This document shows, in pieces, positions 1-10,261 of a stretch of DNA of 51,008 nt (its first letter is position 1; the number at the start of each line of letters is the position of its first letter). Source of the stretch: an uncultured archaeon. Its GTDB lineage: Archaea > Asgardarchaeota > Lokiarchaeia > Sigyniarchaeales > SOKP01. The translations under genes were made by a program, and so were the position numbers. Under the pieces are notes generated by a model. The model was not told the origin of the DNA. It made no database searches and saw only the letters and a program-made list of their open reading frames with translations. The stretch is from assembly GCA_964525635.1 (NCBI GenBank), contig CAZGJX010000013.1, forward strand, positions 1 to 51,008, in the 5' to 3' direction.

Positions 1-318
1 CTATCATACCTTCACCATAAGAAGAGACGATACATCGTATTATAAAAGAAAGTAAATATGGAGGTATATAAGAATTATAGGACACTAAGGAATTTTAAGA
101 CAATTAAAAAAATAAAATTCAAAAAATGGATTTAGCCTATTAATGTAATAAAGTATATATTCCTCTATGAATTCCAGATTCTCAAAATAAAAATCAAAAA
201 TCTTTAAGTCTTTTTTACAACATCAACGTATTCATTCATTCTCTAATAAAGAATTAAAACCAGATATGAGCTTTCATGCTAATTAATTTTTAGCAAAAAT
301 AGAACTAATTTTAAATCC

Positions 319-969
319 TTATAGAGATCTTTTAATTTTTCGACCAATATATCTATATACTTTCTTTTTATATTCAATATATGCATTTCCAAATAATTCC
401 TCTAATTCTTTTTCTTCTAATTTAATTCGATAATGAAAATTAATAATAAAAATAATTAGGGATAGTAATGTTATCCATGTTGGAATTATTAAGCTAAAAG
501 ATATTGTAAAAATATGCATTCCAAGATAAATAGGATTTCTTGATATTGAATATATTCCCGTTCTTATTAATTTAATTGATTGAGATTTATCTGCTAGCTC
601 TAATTTTGTAGATTTATTAAGATTGAAAATTGCTATCGTAAAAATTATAGTTCCAATTATAGTTCCAATACTACCTATGATTTTTATAAATTCAAGATTT
701 AATATCTCAATAGGTAAAAAAAGATTAAACGCTAAAATAGGATTAAAAATATAAATAATAGTCAAGAAACAAATATAGATATAACCTAAAATACATATTA
801 TTATAAAAAGATATGCCCAATGAGGAATCTCAGGAAAATTAATAGCTCTTTCAATTTTACTTGATACTTTTTTATAAACTAAATTAATAAAAACAAAAAC
901 CATAATTATCCAAAAAAATATTAATGATATTTGAATAAACATAATTTCAAAATAATAGCTTTTAATCAA
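319..969 (-). CDS. Isoprenylcysteine carboxyl methyltransferase (ICMT/PEMT) family membrane methyltransferase
   Basis: Multi-TM protein with LIRTGIYSISRNPIYLG and C-terminal RIKLEEKELEELFGNAYIEYKKKVYRY motifs. Start uncertain. Confidence 0.85.
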   Translation of the reverse strand: MIKSYYFEIMFIQISLIFFWIIMVFVFINLVYKKVSSKIERAINFPEIPHWAYLFIIICILGYIYICFLTIIYIFNPILAFNLFLPIEILNLEFIKIIGSIGTIIGTIIFTIAIFNLNKSTKLELADKSQSIKLIRTGIYSISRNPIYLGMHIFTISFSLIIPTWITLLSLIIFIINFHYRIKLEEKELEELFGNAYIEYKKKVYRYIGRKIKRSL

Positions 970-1161
970 TAATTTTTATAATTCTATCAACAAATTATCA
1001 ATCATATTCACATCTTATTAATTTTTTTAAAAATTGATGATTATTGCATGATTTCTAATTTCTATAATATTTATTACTTTTAATATATCAAAAGGAATAA
1101 TGGATTATGCTCAAAATTTTTTTAAATTGTAAATATCTTATATAATATATATTAATTAAAA

Positions 1162-1177
1162 TATTCAATCTAGATTA
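1162..1177. promoter_or_regulatory. Candidate PadR operator (imperfect palindrome TATTCAATCTAGATTA)
   Basis: Perfect core AATCTAGATT (1167-1176) about 40 nt upstream of the padR start, in the divergent intergenic region. Confidence 0.4.
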
Positions 1178-1216
1178 TAAAAAAATTATTTATACTCCAT
1201 AATTCTAAAAAAGAAA

Positions 1217-1807
1217 ATGACAATTCAAAATTTAACGAAATTAATTATTTTAGGAATTCTCAATGATTATGATAAGTCTTTACATGGTTATGAAATAAAA
1301 AAAATAATTAATAAATGGAAAATTCAAGAAATAAGTGATTTTTCTTATGGATCTATTTATTATAACCTAGAACAACTAAAAAAAAATGGTTTCGTTTTAA
1401 GTGAAACCAAAAGAGATACTAAAAGACCCGAAAGAAGAATATATACTATTTCAGAAAATGGAAAGAATAAATTCTTACAAATCTTAAGAGAAAATTATAA
1501 TACATATGAGAAAATTAGATATCCTTTCGATATAGGTGTTCTTTTCATGCCTGCTTTATCCAAGGAAGAAATAATTGAAGCAATTGATAAAAGAATTAAA
1601 TTAGTTGATAAAAATGAGAAATCCTTTGATAAATTAATAAGTTTTTTAAAGAATAAAATCCCATTCTTTTCATTATATATCATTTTGCATCATTTATTTC
1701 ATCATAGAGCTGAAAAAGAATGGTTAAAAGCTTTAAAAAAGGAGGTTGAATCAAGAAATACTATAGGACATGACTTTACTAAAAATTTCAATGCAAGATC
1801 TAATTAG
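1217..1807 (+). CDS. PadR family transcriptional regulator
   Basis: LIILGIL..HGYEIKK..GSIYYNLEQLKKNG..RPERRIYTISENG wHTH plus C-terminal helical dimerisation domain (AEKEWL). Confidence 0.92.
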   Translation: MTIQNLTKLIILGILNDYDKSLHGYEIKKIINKWKIQEISDFSYGSIYYNLEQLKKNGFVLSETKRDTKRPERRIYTISENGKNKFLQILRENYNTYEKIRYPFDIGVLFMPALSKEEIIEAIDKRIKLVDKNEKSFDKLISFLKNKIPFFSLYIILHHLFHHRAEKEWLKALKKEVESRNTIGHDFTKNFNARSN

Positions 1808-1881
1808 AATATGAGTTGAGAAAAAGAATAATATCTATAAAGAAATAAAGAAATTTTGAAATGAAAGGGTGAATAATACGT

Positions 1882-2613
1882 ATGAAAAAAGAAGAAATAA
1901 TTATGGATGGAATTAAAGAACAATATAAAAATTGGGCAATTAAATATGATGAAGAAAAAATAAAAATATTTGAAAAGGCAGGTATCGATTATGGAAAATT
2001 CATGAAGAAGTTTTTATATTTTTGTAATTTAAGTTCAGGAATAAGAATTTTAGATGTTGGTGCTGGAACAGGATTAATATCTATTGCTTTATGTAAAGCG
2101 CTTGATAAAAAATGTGAAATAATAGCTATTGAACCAGTGGAAGAAATGATTGACCAAGCATTAATTAATATATCAAAAGAGGGATTCGAACAGAACATTT
2201 CTATAAAAAAAGGAACTGGTGAAAAAATATTGTGTGATGAGAGTTCCATTGATCTAATAACCTGTTCATTTGCAATACGACATATGAAGATTGAAAAAGC
2301 TTTAAGAGAATTCAAAAGAGTCATAAAACCTGGTGGAATAATTGTAATAGCAGATATATGTGTTCCTGTAAAATGGAGATCATTATTTGGAAAGTTATTA
2401 GCTTTCTTTTTTCTTAGGATGATGAAAAGAAAATATAAAGGCGAAATAAAATCAAGAATGCTTACTATAGATGAATGGAAAGAATTATTACATCAATTGG
2501 GTTTTAAAATAGAAAATTTAAAAGAATATTATGGAAAAAAAGATCCTAAATGGGAATTAAAAAGAGTTGTAATTGCTATTAGGCCTACCCAAAATGTGAA
2601 TATATCAAACTAA
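1882..2613 (+). CDS. Class I SAM-dependent methyltransferase (UbiE/Methyltransf_11-like)
   Basis: ILDVGAGTG motif I, SIDLITCSFAIRH, ALREFKRVIKPGG. Confidence 0.9.
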   Translation: MKKEEIIMDGIKEQYKNWAIKYDEEKIKIFEKAGIDYGKFMKKFLYFCNLSSGIRILDVGAGTGLISIALCKALDKKCEIIAIEPVEEMIDQALINISKEGFEQNISIKKGTGEKILCDESSIDLITCSFAIRHMKIEKALREFKRVIKPGGIIVIADICVPVKWRSLFGKLLAFFFLRMMKRKYKGEIKSRMLTIDEWKELLHQLGFKIENLKEYYGKKDPKWELKRVVIAIRPTQNVNISN

Positions 2614-2697
2614 TAAAATCATTACAAGAAAAAGCCTTTTTTCTAAAATTTGAATGCTTTCAATCTGTAAATAAGGTTATTCTATTGTTGTTTAGGA

Positions 2698-3813
2698 TTA
2701 TATATAAATTTTCTTCATAGTTTTTCGATAACGATTATATTTTCGCTTTTCAAAACTTATTACTTTAGCAAGCATTTCTGATTTTTTAATAGATGTATTT
2801 AGATCTGGTGATTCTTGAATATATCCTTCTTTTAAAGCTCCATTATATATCTTTCGTCCAATATTTGTTCTAACAATTGTAGTAGTATATCCATCAGGGG
2901 ATCCTAAACCGCCAAAAGAAATATCTGCATATACATTAGAGAATTCTTTACAAGCAAAACATGCTGGTCTTGCAAATTCATGGATATCTTTGAAATCTAT
3001 ATTTAATATCTTCCCATTCTTAAGTGATATAATTAAATTTTCTTTTATATTTAATTTTTCAACATCATCAAAAGAAAAATCGAATTTTTTTTCTAATTTT
3101 TTATGAGCTTCTTCATCAAATGCAAAATTAAGGTTACAAAATAATCCGATTGTATATTTTACGATATGAGCAGGTAAAATACTTAATTCTTGCATTTTTC
3201 TTATAGACATTATTTGACAAGGAGTTCCCACAACAGCAATATTCATTGTATCTGAACTTACAACTTTTTTTAATTTAGTTATAGTTGGGACAAACGAATT
3301 ATAATGTTCCAATCTAACTACTCCATGAGATAGATCAAAGTGAGATCCTGATGCTTCAATCAATTCTTCTTTAGTAGTGGCAAAAAAGGCTATTCTATTG
3401 AAAGGACCTTGTTTTTTTGAAACTATAGCTCCATTAATTAAGTTCTTTTCTAATAAATAGACTAATATGGCAGTTACAACTCCTCCATCTGTAGCGTCTT
3501 TTCTTATATCCTCATTTTTAGCCTGACTTGAACTAATTTTACTATAATTCCCAATAGATATTTTATAGTTAAATTTTTTTTTCAATTCATCATCTAAAAC
3601 ATGCGTTTGTGGACATATTAGATAACAAATTCCACAATGGAGACAATTATCTTTATTAAAATATTTAGGAGGTCCAGATTCAGACATTTCAATTGCTTTT
3701 ATCTCATCAGCAGAACAAAAACTCACACAACCTCCACATTCTCCACAAATACCTAAATCATGAACATCCTTTATCAAATCCTCAAAAGATTTTGGAAGGA
3801 CTTCTTCTGACAA
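2698..3813 (-). CDS. frhB: Coenzyme F420 hydrogenase/dehydrogenase beta subunit (FrhB/FpoF-like) with N-terminal 2x[4Fe-4S]
   Basis: CGECGGCVSFC and CLHCGICYLICP, then GGVVTAILVYLLE, VGTPCQI, IGLFC, CFAC, ADISFGGLGSPDGYTTTIVRT. Confidence 0.85.
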   Translation of the reverse strand: MSEEVLPKSFEDLIKDVHDLGICGECGGCVSFCSADEIKAIEMSESGPPKYFNKDNCLHCGICYLICPQTHVLDDELKKKFNYKISIGNYSKISSSQAKNEDIRKDATDGGVVTAILVYLLEKNLINGAIVSKKQGPFNRIAFFATTKEELIEASGSHFDLSHGVVRLEHYNSFVPTITKLKKVVSSDTMNIAVVGTPCQIMSIRKMQELSILPAHIVKYTIGLFCNLNFAFDEEAHKKLEKKFDFSFDDVEKLNIKENLIISLKNGKILNIDFKDIHEFARPACFACKEFSNVYADISFGGLGSPDGYTTTIVRTNIGRKIYNGALKEGYIQESPDLNTSIKKSEMLAKVISFEKRKYNRYRKTMKKIYI

Positions 3814-3854
3814 TTTTTTTCAACTCTTTTTTTCTATTTTTTTCTATAATAATT

Positions 3855-4694
3855 TTAATATTCATTTGGTAATTTTTTAAGTTCAGCAAGCGAGAAAACA
3901 GGACCATCTATACAAACAAATTTATTACCTATATTACATCGACCACATTTTCCTATTCCGCATTTCATTCTCATTTCCAGTGAATTTAATATTTGCTCAT
4001 CCTTAAAATTTAACTCTTCAAGAACTGCTATTGTAGTTTTGATCATTATAGGTGGACCACAGACTACTGCTATTGCATTTTCAGGTGATGGAGACACATC
4101 TTTAAGAACAGGAGCAACAAAACCTACTTTTTCTTTCCATCCTTTTTCTTCTTGGTCAATAGTTAAAATTACATTCAAATCATTTCGTTTTTTCCATTTA
4201 TCTAAATCATTACGATATAAAACTTCACCAGAATCACGATTTCCATATATTACAGTTATATCCTTATAATTATTCCTATATTTATTATCTAACATATAAA
4301 TAATAAGTGAGCGTAGAGTAGAAAATGCAAATCCACCTCCTATAACCACAATGTTTTTATTTTTCATTTCATCTATTGGCCAACCATTTCCACATGGTCC
4401 ACGAATTCCAACTATATCTCCAACTTCACAATTATGAAATGCTGTAGTAACACTTCCCATTTTTTTTATTGTAAATTTAATAGAATCCTCTTCTGTCGGA
4501 GATGATGCAATTCCAATGGGACATTCTCCTTTACCAATTAAACTAATTTCAGCAAATTGTCCCGGAATATAAGTAAATGCTTTATAATCTTCCTCTTTTT
4601 TAAAAACTAACTCTAAAGTCTTTAGGTCATTTACTTTATTCTCTGAAACGATATCTTTTATTTCTGTCAATAAAGGTATGTAGGGATTATGCAT
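3855..4694 (-). CDS. flxA: FAD/NAD(P)-binding oxidoreductase, FlxA/AsrB/HydG-like
   Basis: PGQF, GIRGPCGNGW, IGGG, VCGPPIM and CGIGKCGRC..VCIDGPVF [2Fe-2S] motif; last of the flxDCBA order. Confidence 0.82.
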   Translation of the reverse strand: MHNPYIPLLTEIKDIVSENKVNDLKTLELVFKKEEDYKAFTYIPGQFAEISLIGKGECPIGIASSPTEEDSIKFTIKKMGSVTTAFHNCEVGDIVGIRGPCGNGWPIDEMKNKNIVVIGGGFAFSTLRSLIIYMLDNKYRNNYKDITVIYGNRDSGEVLYRNDLDKWKKRNDLNVILTIDQEEKGWKEKVGFVAPVLKDVSPSPENAIAVVCGPPIMIKTTIAVLEELNFKDEQILNSLEMRMKCGIGKCGRCNIGNKFVCIDGPVFSLAELKKLPNEY

Positions 4695-5742
4695 TTACTT
4701 TCTCTTCCTCTTTAATTTTATTTACTTTTTCTATAATTTTTCTTAAATCATTATTGACAGGACATAATTGGATGCAACGACCACATCCAACACATCCCAA
4801 CATATCATAATTCTTAGGATAATAACAAAACTTATGTAATATTCGATTTCTACATCTTTCTATAGAACTATCTCTGGGATTATGTCCACTTGTATGGAGT
4901 GTATATAGACAAAATTGACATGTATCCCAGATTCTTATACGTCTACCACGATTATTATATTGATCATTCTCATCAATAACATCAAAACATGTACAAGTGG
5001 GACATAAAAAGGAACAAATTCCACATCCCATACATATATCACTTATTTCTGTCCATATCGGATGGTCGAAACTTTGTTCTAAAATCTTTTCTATATCCTT
5101 TACATCTAATTTAGTTTTAAATGATTCTTCGGCTTTTTTAGATAGTTCTTCACCTTTCTGTATATCAGCTTTAGTAGACTTAGATAACCAAGTCAATTTT
5201 TCTAACATATTTTTTCCTTTGTCACTAATACCTTCAACTAAATATTTTTCACCTAAATCAATCATGAAAATATCTAAATAATCACTTTTAAAAGGATGAC
5301 CATTTACAGAGGTACAAAAACATGTAGATTTTGGAATATTACATCCTATCCCTATTAGTACAGTATTTTCCTTTTTTTTTAAAAATAAATTATCTTTAAT
5401 ATCTCCTAGAGCAAAGAAATTCTCCATTAACATAAATGCTTGAGCATCACAAGGTCTTATTCCAAATATAATATTATACTCATCTAAATCTTTTCTTTCA
5501 ATAATTTCTTCAATATTCTTGCCATCGGTTTTATACTCAAACAAAGTTTCCATTTTTGGAAATAATATTTCCTTAGGTGGTATTTTCGAATTATAAAAAT
5601 CCAAAATTATTTCATCAGGATTTAGTATTTTATTATATATTAAATTCCCTTTATTTATAACTGGAGCATAAAAATTATATTCCTCAGCTAATTCAATATA
5701 AAGTTTTCCTATTTCATTTTTCATTAATATCTTTTGATCCAC
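4687..5742 (-). CDS. flxB: 4Fe-4S dicluster protein, FlxB/AsrA/HydB-like
   Basis: FGIRPCD, CFC, CMGCGICSFLCPTCTCF, RIWDTC, GCVGCGRCIQLCP. Confidence 0.8.
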   Translation of the reverse strand: MDQKILMKNEIGKLYIELAEEYNFYAPVINKGNLIYNKILNPDEIILDFYNSKIPPKEILFPKMETLFEYKTDGKNIEEIIERKDLDEYNIIFGIRPCDAQAFMLMENFFALGDIKDNLFLKKKENTVLIGIGCNIPKSTCFCTSVNGHPFKSDYLDIFMIDLGEKYLVEGISDKGKNMLEKLTWLSKSTKADIQKGEELSKKAEESFKTKLDVKDIEKILEQSFDHPIWTEISDICMGCGICSFLCPTCTCFDVIDENDQYNNRGRRIRIWDTCQFCLYTLHTSGHNPRDSSIERCRNRILHKFCYYPKNYDMLGCVGCGRCIQLCPVNNDLRKIIEKVNKIKEEEKVNA

Positions 5743-5756
5743 CTAGAACCACCTAT

Positions 5757-6788
5757 TTAATTTTCCTCTAACATAAATTCTTCATCATCTTCCATATTAT
5801 AAGCCATCATTGGAGGTAAAAATTTACTATTAAGACCTGAAGTGAAATTGAATCTTTCCTTAACAAGCTTTTCTAGCTTTCTAGTAATCATATTTAAATC
5901 TATACCCATTGGACAGACACTACTACAAGCTCCGCAGGCTACGCATCTACCTGCTAAATGCATTGCTCGAACCAAATGAAATATAATGATGTCAGATAAA
6001 TCGGTTGTTTTCCCAAACCATATTGGTTTATTTTGATCAACAAAGCATAAATTGCAATAGCACATTGGACAAGCTTCTCGACAAGCATAACATCTTATAC
6101 AAGGTTCTAATAATTCCTTAATATATTGCCATTTTTCTTCAGGAGATTTAGATTCAAATTCTTTCAAATCAGAAAAGTCATCATCAATGGATTTCATCTC
6201 TCTAGATTCTCCTATAAAAATATCTTCTAACTCACTATCTTTAGGAGGAGATTTTACCTTACAAACTTTACATAACTCATTTATATATTCATCAAAAGAG
6301 AATTTCTTTTCAAAATCTTTTCCTTTTATCATAATGTTATTTTCTGAAGTGGATACTTCAAATATTTCTTTTTCTCCAATTTCTCTTTCAATACGTTTTC
6401 TATTAACAATTCCATTGCATGAAATACCTATTATCTTTATATTATCTAAATTTAGTTGTTTTTCAACATTTAGATGAATTAGAGCTCTCCCAACACATCC
6501 TTTTGCAATTATTCCGATTTTTAAATCCTCTCCTTTAGGACTTTTAAGTTGAGGAATCCGAGGAACTAAATATTTTGCTAAATTCATATAACATAGATTA
6601 TTCCAGATTAGTTTATTAACTTCATCTATATGTCTTATTATAATCGGTGAAGTACTTAAAGGAGCAGTCCCTTTAGAATATCCCAGAATAGCATCTACTT
6701 TTTTTTCTTGTAATAGATTTCGGGCAATATCTCTTAAATTTTTTTCAATTTCTTTATTTTCAGATTCAATTCCCATTATATTCACCAT
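5757..6788 (-). CDS. flxC: 4Fe-4S protein, FlxC / FdhB-C-terminal-like
   Basis: CIRCYACREACPMCYCNLC, HLAGRCVACGACSSVCP; lies between the mvhD-like and flxB-like genes. True start probably a few codons downstream (MGIES). Confidence 0.75.
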   Translation of the reverse strand: MVNIMGIESENKEIEKNLRDIARNLLQEKKVDAILGYSKGTAPLSTSPIIIRHIDEVNKLIWNNLCYMNLAKYLVPRIPQLKSPKGEDLKIGIIAKGCVGRALIHLNVEKQLNLDNIKIIGISCNGIVNRKRIEREIGEKEIFEVSTSENNIMIKGKDFEKKFSFDEYINELCKVCKVKSPPKDSELEDIFIGESREMKSIDDDFSDLKEFESKSPEEKWQYIKELLEPCIRCYACREACPMCYCNLCFVDQNKPIWFGKTTDLSDIIIFHLVRAMHLAGRCVACGACSSVCPMGIDLNMITRKLEKLVKERFNFTSGLNSKFLPPMMAYNMEDDEEFMLEEN

Positions 6789-7231
6789 TTTTTTTCAAAT
6801 TTCTTGTTTGGTCCTAATTCTTTTACTATTTTTGTTGCTTTTCTAATTAAAACAGCAAATCGTTCACCTTCTGCTGCAGATACCCACATAAAATTTACTC
6901 TTCCGGGATCTATACCAAAAAATTCCAATAATTCTTTTAAGATAGCAAATCTTCTCCTCGCTACGAGATTTCCTGTAAGATAATGACAATCTCCTGGATG
7001 ACAGCCAGAGATTACGACTCCATCCCATCCATCAGTTAAACTTTTAATTATAAAATAAGGATTTACTCTTCCAGAACAGGGTACTCTAACTACTCTTATA
7101 TTTGGAGGATATTGAATCCTACTAACTCCTGCTAGATCCGCGCCAGCATAAGAGCACCAATTGCATAAAAAAGCAATTATTTTTGGTTCCCATTCTTTGA
7201 TTTTTTTTTCCTTTTCTGCTTGTATTGTCAT
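6782..7231 (-). CDS. mvhD: MvhD/FlxD [2Fe-2S] hydrogenase delta-type subunit
   Basis: AFLCNWCSYAGADLAG, RVPCSGRV, GCHPGDCHY. Confidence 0.93.
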   Translation of the reverse strand: MTIQAEKEKKIKEWEPKIIAFLCNWCSYAGADLAGVSRIQYPPNIRVVRVPCSGRVNPYFIIKSLTDGWDGVVISGCHPGDCHYLTGNLVARRRFAILKELLEFFGIDPGRVNFMWVSAAEGERFAVLIRKATKIVKELGPNKKFEKKW

Positions 7232-7234
7232 TTT

Positions 7235-10200
7235 TTAAAACCTCCCAGTTATCATAGCAAATATTTGCTCGCCTGTGAATCCAAGTACATCGATGGCAGA
7301 GCAACGACAATTACCAGAGCATGCACCACAACCTTTGCAGAGTGCTTGATTGATATAAGCAACAGTACCAAATCGTCGATCTTCAATAAGATCAATAGCA
7401 TTATAAGCACAATTTTCAATACACATTCCACAAGCAATACAACGCTCAGGAATGACTTTTGCTGTTTTTCCTTCAGCTTCAATTTCATTTTTTGATAAGA
7501 TTGTACATGCTCTTGAAACGGTAGCATTTGCTTGAGCAATAGAATCTTCTATTGTTTTGGGACAATGTGCTATACCTGCCACAAAAACGCCCTCAGTTGC
7601 AAAATCAACAGGTCTGAGCTTTACGTGTGCTTCCAAAAAGAAGTTATCATCATTTAGTGGAACTTTTAGCATTTTAGCAAGTATTTCATTTTCTTCTCTA
7701 TCAGCATATATTCCAGTACTTAATACACAGAGATCAGTATTAATATAAAAAATATCCTTTTTTGGAGTTGTTACCTTTATTTTTAGGTTTAAATCTTCTG
7801 GTATTATTTCTGGTATATCATTTTCATCATATCTTAGGAATATAACTCCAAGTTCTCTTGCTTGTCTATAATATTTCTCTTTAAAACCATATGTTCGAAT
7901 ATCTCTAAAGAGAATTATTATCTCTAAATTTGGTTTTGCTTTTTTTGCCAGAATTGCATTCTTGATTGCTTCAGCACAACACATTTTGCTGCAATATGGG
8001 TGTTCCTCATTTCTAGAACCCACGCATTGAATCATCACAATTGAGTTACTATTCTGGATTTCATTGGAAGTATTAAGTCTTTTTTCAAATTCAGATTGAA
8101 GAATTACTTTATCATTATCTCCAAATAAGAATTCCTTGGGTTGGTATTCTTTTGCACCAGTTGCTAAAATAACAACTCCATGCTCAAATTCGGTATTTTC
8201 TTTATTTTTACCATAAGATATTTTTGTTTTAAAATTACCAATATAACCATCAATATTGTCTATTTTTGCATTAGTATAGACATGAATATTTTTGTTTGAT
8301 TTGACTTCTTGAATTAAATTTGATAGAAATACCTGTACATCTCCTCCCTCTAATGTACAATATATATTTTTTGAAAATCCACCTAATTCACTTTCTTTTT
8401 CTATTAAATATGTTTCAAATTGTTGATTGGCCAAATTAAGAGCTGCGGTCATCCCACTTATTCCACCTCCAATTACTAAGACTTTTTGGGTTACATTTAA
8501 TTTAATTCTTTCAATTGGTTCAATTTCTCTAGCTTTATTAACTGCCATTCTTACAAGATCCTTAGCTTTTTCTGTTGCTGCCTCTGGTTCATTCATATGC
8601 ACCCAAGAGCATTGATCTCTTATATTTGCCATTTGAAATAAATATCGATTTAGACCTGCTTCTCGAATTGTTTCTTGAAATAATGGTTCATGAGTTCGTG
8701 GTGTACATGATGCAACAATAACTCGATTTAGATGATATTCCTTAATTTTATCTTTTATAATTGTCTGAGTATCCGCTGAACAAGTATATAAATTACGATC
8801 AGCAAGTACTACATTTGGTAAGGATTTAGCATATTTAGTAACTTCTGGAACATCTACAAAACCTCCTATATTTATCCCACAATGACAAATAAAAACTCCT
8901 ATTCGTGGAGGTTGGCCATTTATATAAATTTCAGGTGGTAACGTCTTCTCTGTGATTAATGTCCCTCTTTTCTCATATAAAAGTTGATTTACACAACCAG
9001 ATGCAGCACTAGCTTGAGTCACAGTATCAGGAATGTCTTTTGGTGAAGAAAATGCTCCACAAACAAAGATTCCTGGCTTTAAAGTTTGCACTGTGTTAAA
9101 TACATCTGTTTTAGCAAAATCAAATTCATTTAGTTCTACTCCAAATTTCTGACCTAAATATTTTGCATCATTAGGAGGATTTAATCCTACAGAGAGTACA
9201 ACCAAATGAAAATCTTCTTCTTTTATTTCACCATCCTCTGTTTCATATTTAATTCTTAAATCTTTAGTTTCTGGTATTTCAGATACAGATGAAATACGAC
9301 TTCTTATATATTTTACACTATATTGCTCTTGAGCTCTTAAAATATACTTATCAAAATCTTTTCCATATGCTCTTATATCCATACTGAAAATTGTTGGTTT
9401 AATTTGATGCATGTGTTCATGGGCAATTACAGCTTCTTTAGCCGTATACATACAACAGACTGAAGAGCAATACGGCTTCCCACTTCCTGTGCAATCTCGT
9501 GAGCCTACACATTGAAGAAATGCTACTTTTTCTGGAATATCTCCATCTGAAGGACGTAAAACTCTTCCAGCATAGGGTCCACTTGCACTTAGAATTCTTT
9601 CGAATTCTATGCTGGTTATAACATTTTTATATTTCCCATACCCATAATGATTATCTTGTGGAGGAATATATTCATCAAATCCTGGGGCTAAAACAATAGC
9701 ACCTACATTTAAATCAATTTTTTCATCTTCTCTCTCATATTCTACAGCTTTCGCTTTACATACTCCTTCGCAGATACCACATCCTATACAGTAATCTTTA
9801 TTTATTGCATAAACAAGTGGTACTGCTTGTGGATATTTTACATTAGTCGCGGCAAATTTTGTTAAACTCTCATTAAATATATCTATTGCTTCAACGGGGC
9901 ATTCTCGACCGCAAACTCCACATCCAGTACATTTTTCTGGATTGATAAATAATGATTTATTTAAAATTTTAACATGAAAATTTCCAGCCTCTCCAGTTAC
10001 TTGTTCAATTTTAGTATTAATGAAAAGATCTATATTTTGATGTCGACCTGTCTCGACTAATTTTGGCGATAGAATGCACATTGCGCAATCATTAGTTGGA
10101 AATGTTTTATCCAATTGAGCCATAACTCCACCAATACTAGTGCTGGATTCAATTAAATAGACTTTATAACCCGAATCAGCTAAATCTAATGATGTTTGAG

Positions 10201-10249
10201 ATCCTCCAATTCCGGCACCTACAACTAAAACAGCTCCTACTTTTTCCAT
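7235..10249 (-). CDS. hdrA: Heterodisulfide reductase subunit A-like, fused double-FAD-domain form (1004 aa)
   Basis: Two GxGxxG Rossmann motifs, DKTFPTNDCAMC, two QCVGSR..YCSxxCC motifs, internal IGVFICHCG..ASCTPRTHE domain, ferredoxin motifs. Confidence 0.93.
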   Translation of the reverse strand: MEKVGAVLVVGAGIGGSQTSLDLADSGYKVYLIESSTSIGGVMAQLDKTFPTNDCAMCILSPKLVETGRHQNIDLFINTKIEQVTGEAGNFHVKILNKSLFINPEKCTGCGVCGRECPVEAIDIFNESLTKFAATNVKYPQAVPLVYAINKDYCIGCGICEGVCKAKAVEYEREDEKIDLNVGAIVLAPGFDEYIPPQDNHYGYGKYKNVITSIEFERILSASGPYAGRVLRPSDGDIPEKVAFLQCVGSRDCTGSGKPYCSSVCCMYTAKEAVIAHEHMHQIKPTIFSMDIRAYGKDFDKYILRAQEQYSVKYIRSRISSVSEIPETKDLRIKYETEDGEIKEEDFHLVVLSVGLNPPNDAKYLGQKFGVELNEFDFAKTDVFNTVQTLKPGIFVCGAFSSPKDIPDTVTQASAASGCVNQLLYEKRGTLITEKTLPPEIYINGQPPRIGVFICHCGINIGGFVDVPEVTKYAKSLPNVVLADRNLYTCSADTQTIIKDKIKEYHLNRVIVASCTPRTHEPLFQETIREAGLNRYLFQMANIRDQCSWVHMNEPEAATEKAKDLVRMAVNKAREIEPIERIKLNVTQKVLVIGGGISGMTAALNLANQQFETYLIEKESELGGFSKNIYCTLEGGDVQVFLSNLIQEVKSNKNIHVYTNAKIDNIDGYIGNFKTKISYGKNKENTEFEHGVVILATGAKEYQPKEFLFGDNDKVILQSEFEKRLNTSNEIQNSNSIVMIQCVGSRNEEHPYCSKMCCAEAIKNAILAKKAKPNLEIIILFRDIRTYGFKEKYYRQARELGVIFLRYDENDIPEIIPEDLNLKIKVTTPKKDIFYINTDLCVLSTGIYADREENEILAKMLKVPLNDDNFFLEAHVKLRPVDFATEGVFVAGIAHCPKTIEDSIAQANATVSRACTILSKNEIEAEGKTAKVIPERCIACGMCIENCAYNAIDLIEDRRFGTVAYINQALCKGCGACSGNCRCSAIDVLGFTGEQIFAMITGRF

Positions 10250-10261
10250 ATTTTTTAATCC

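Noticed and set aside
1-120. Possible gene remnant at the left edge
   Set aside because: Multiple stops in all plus frames and too short to assign
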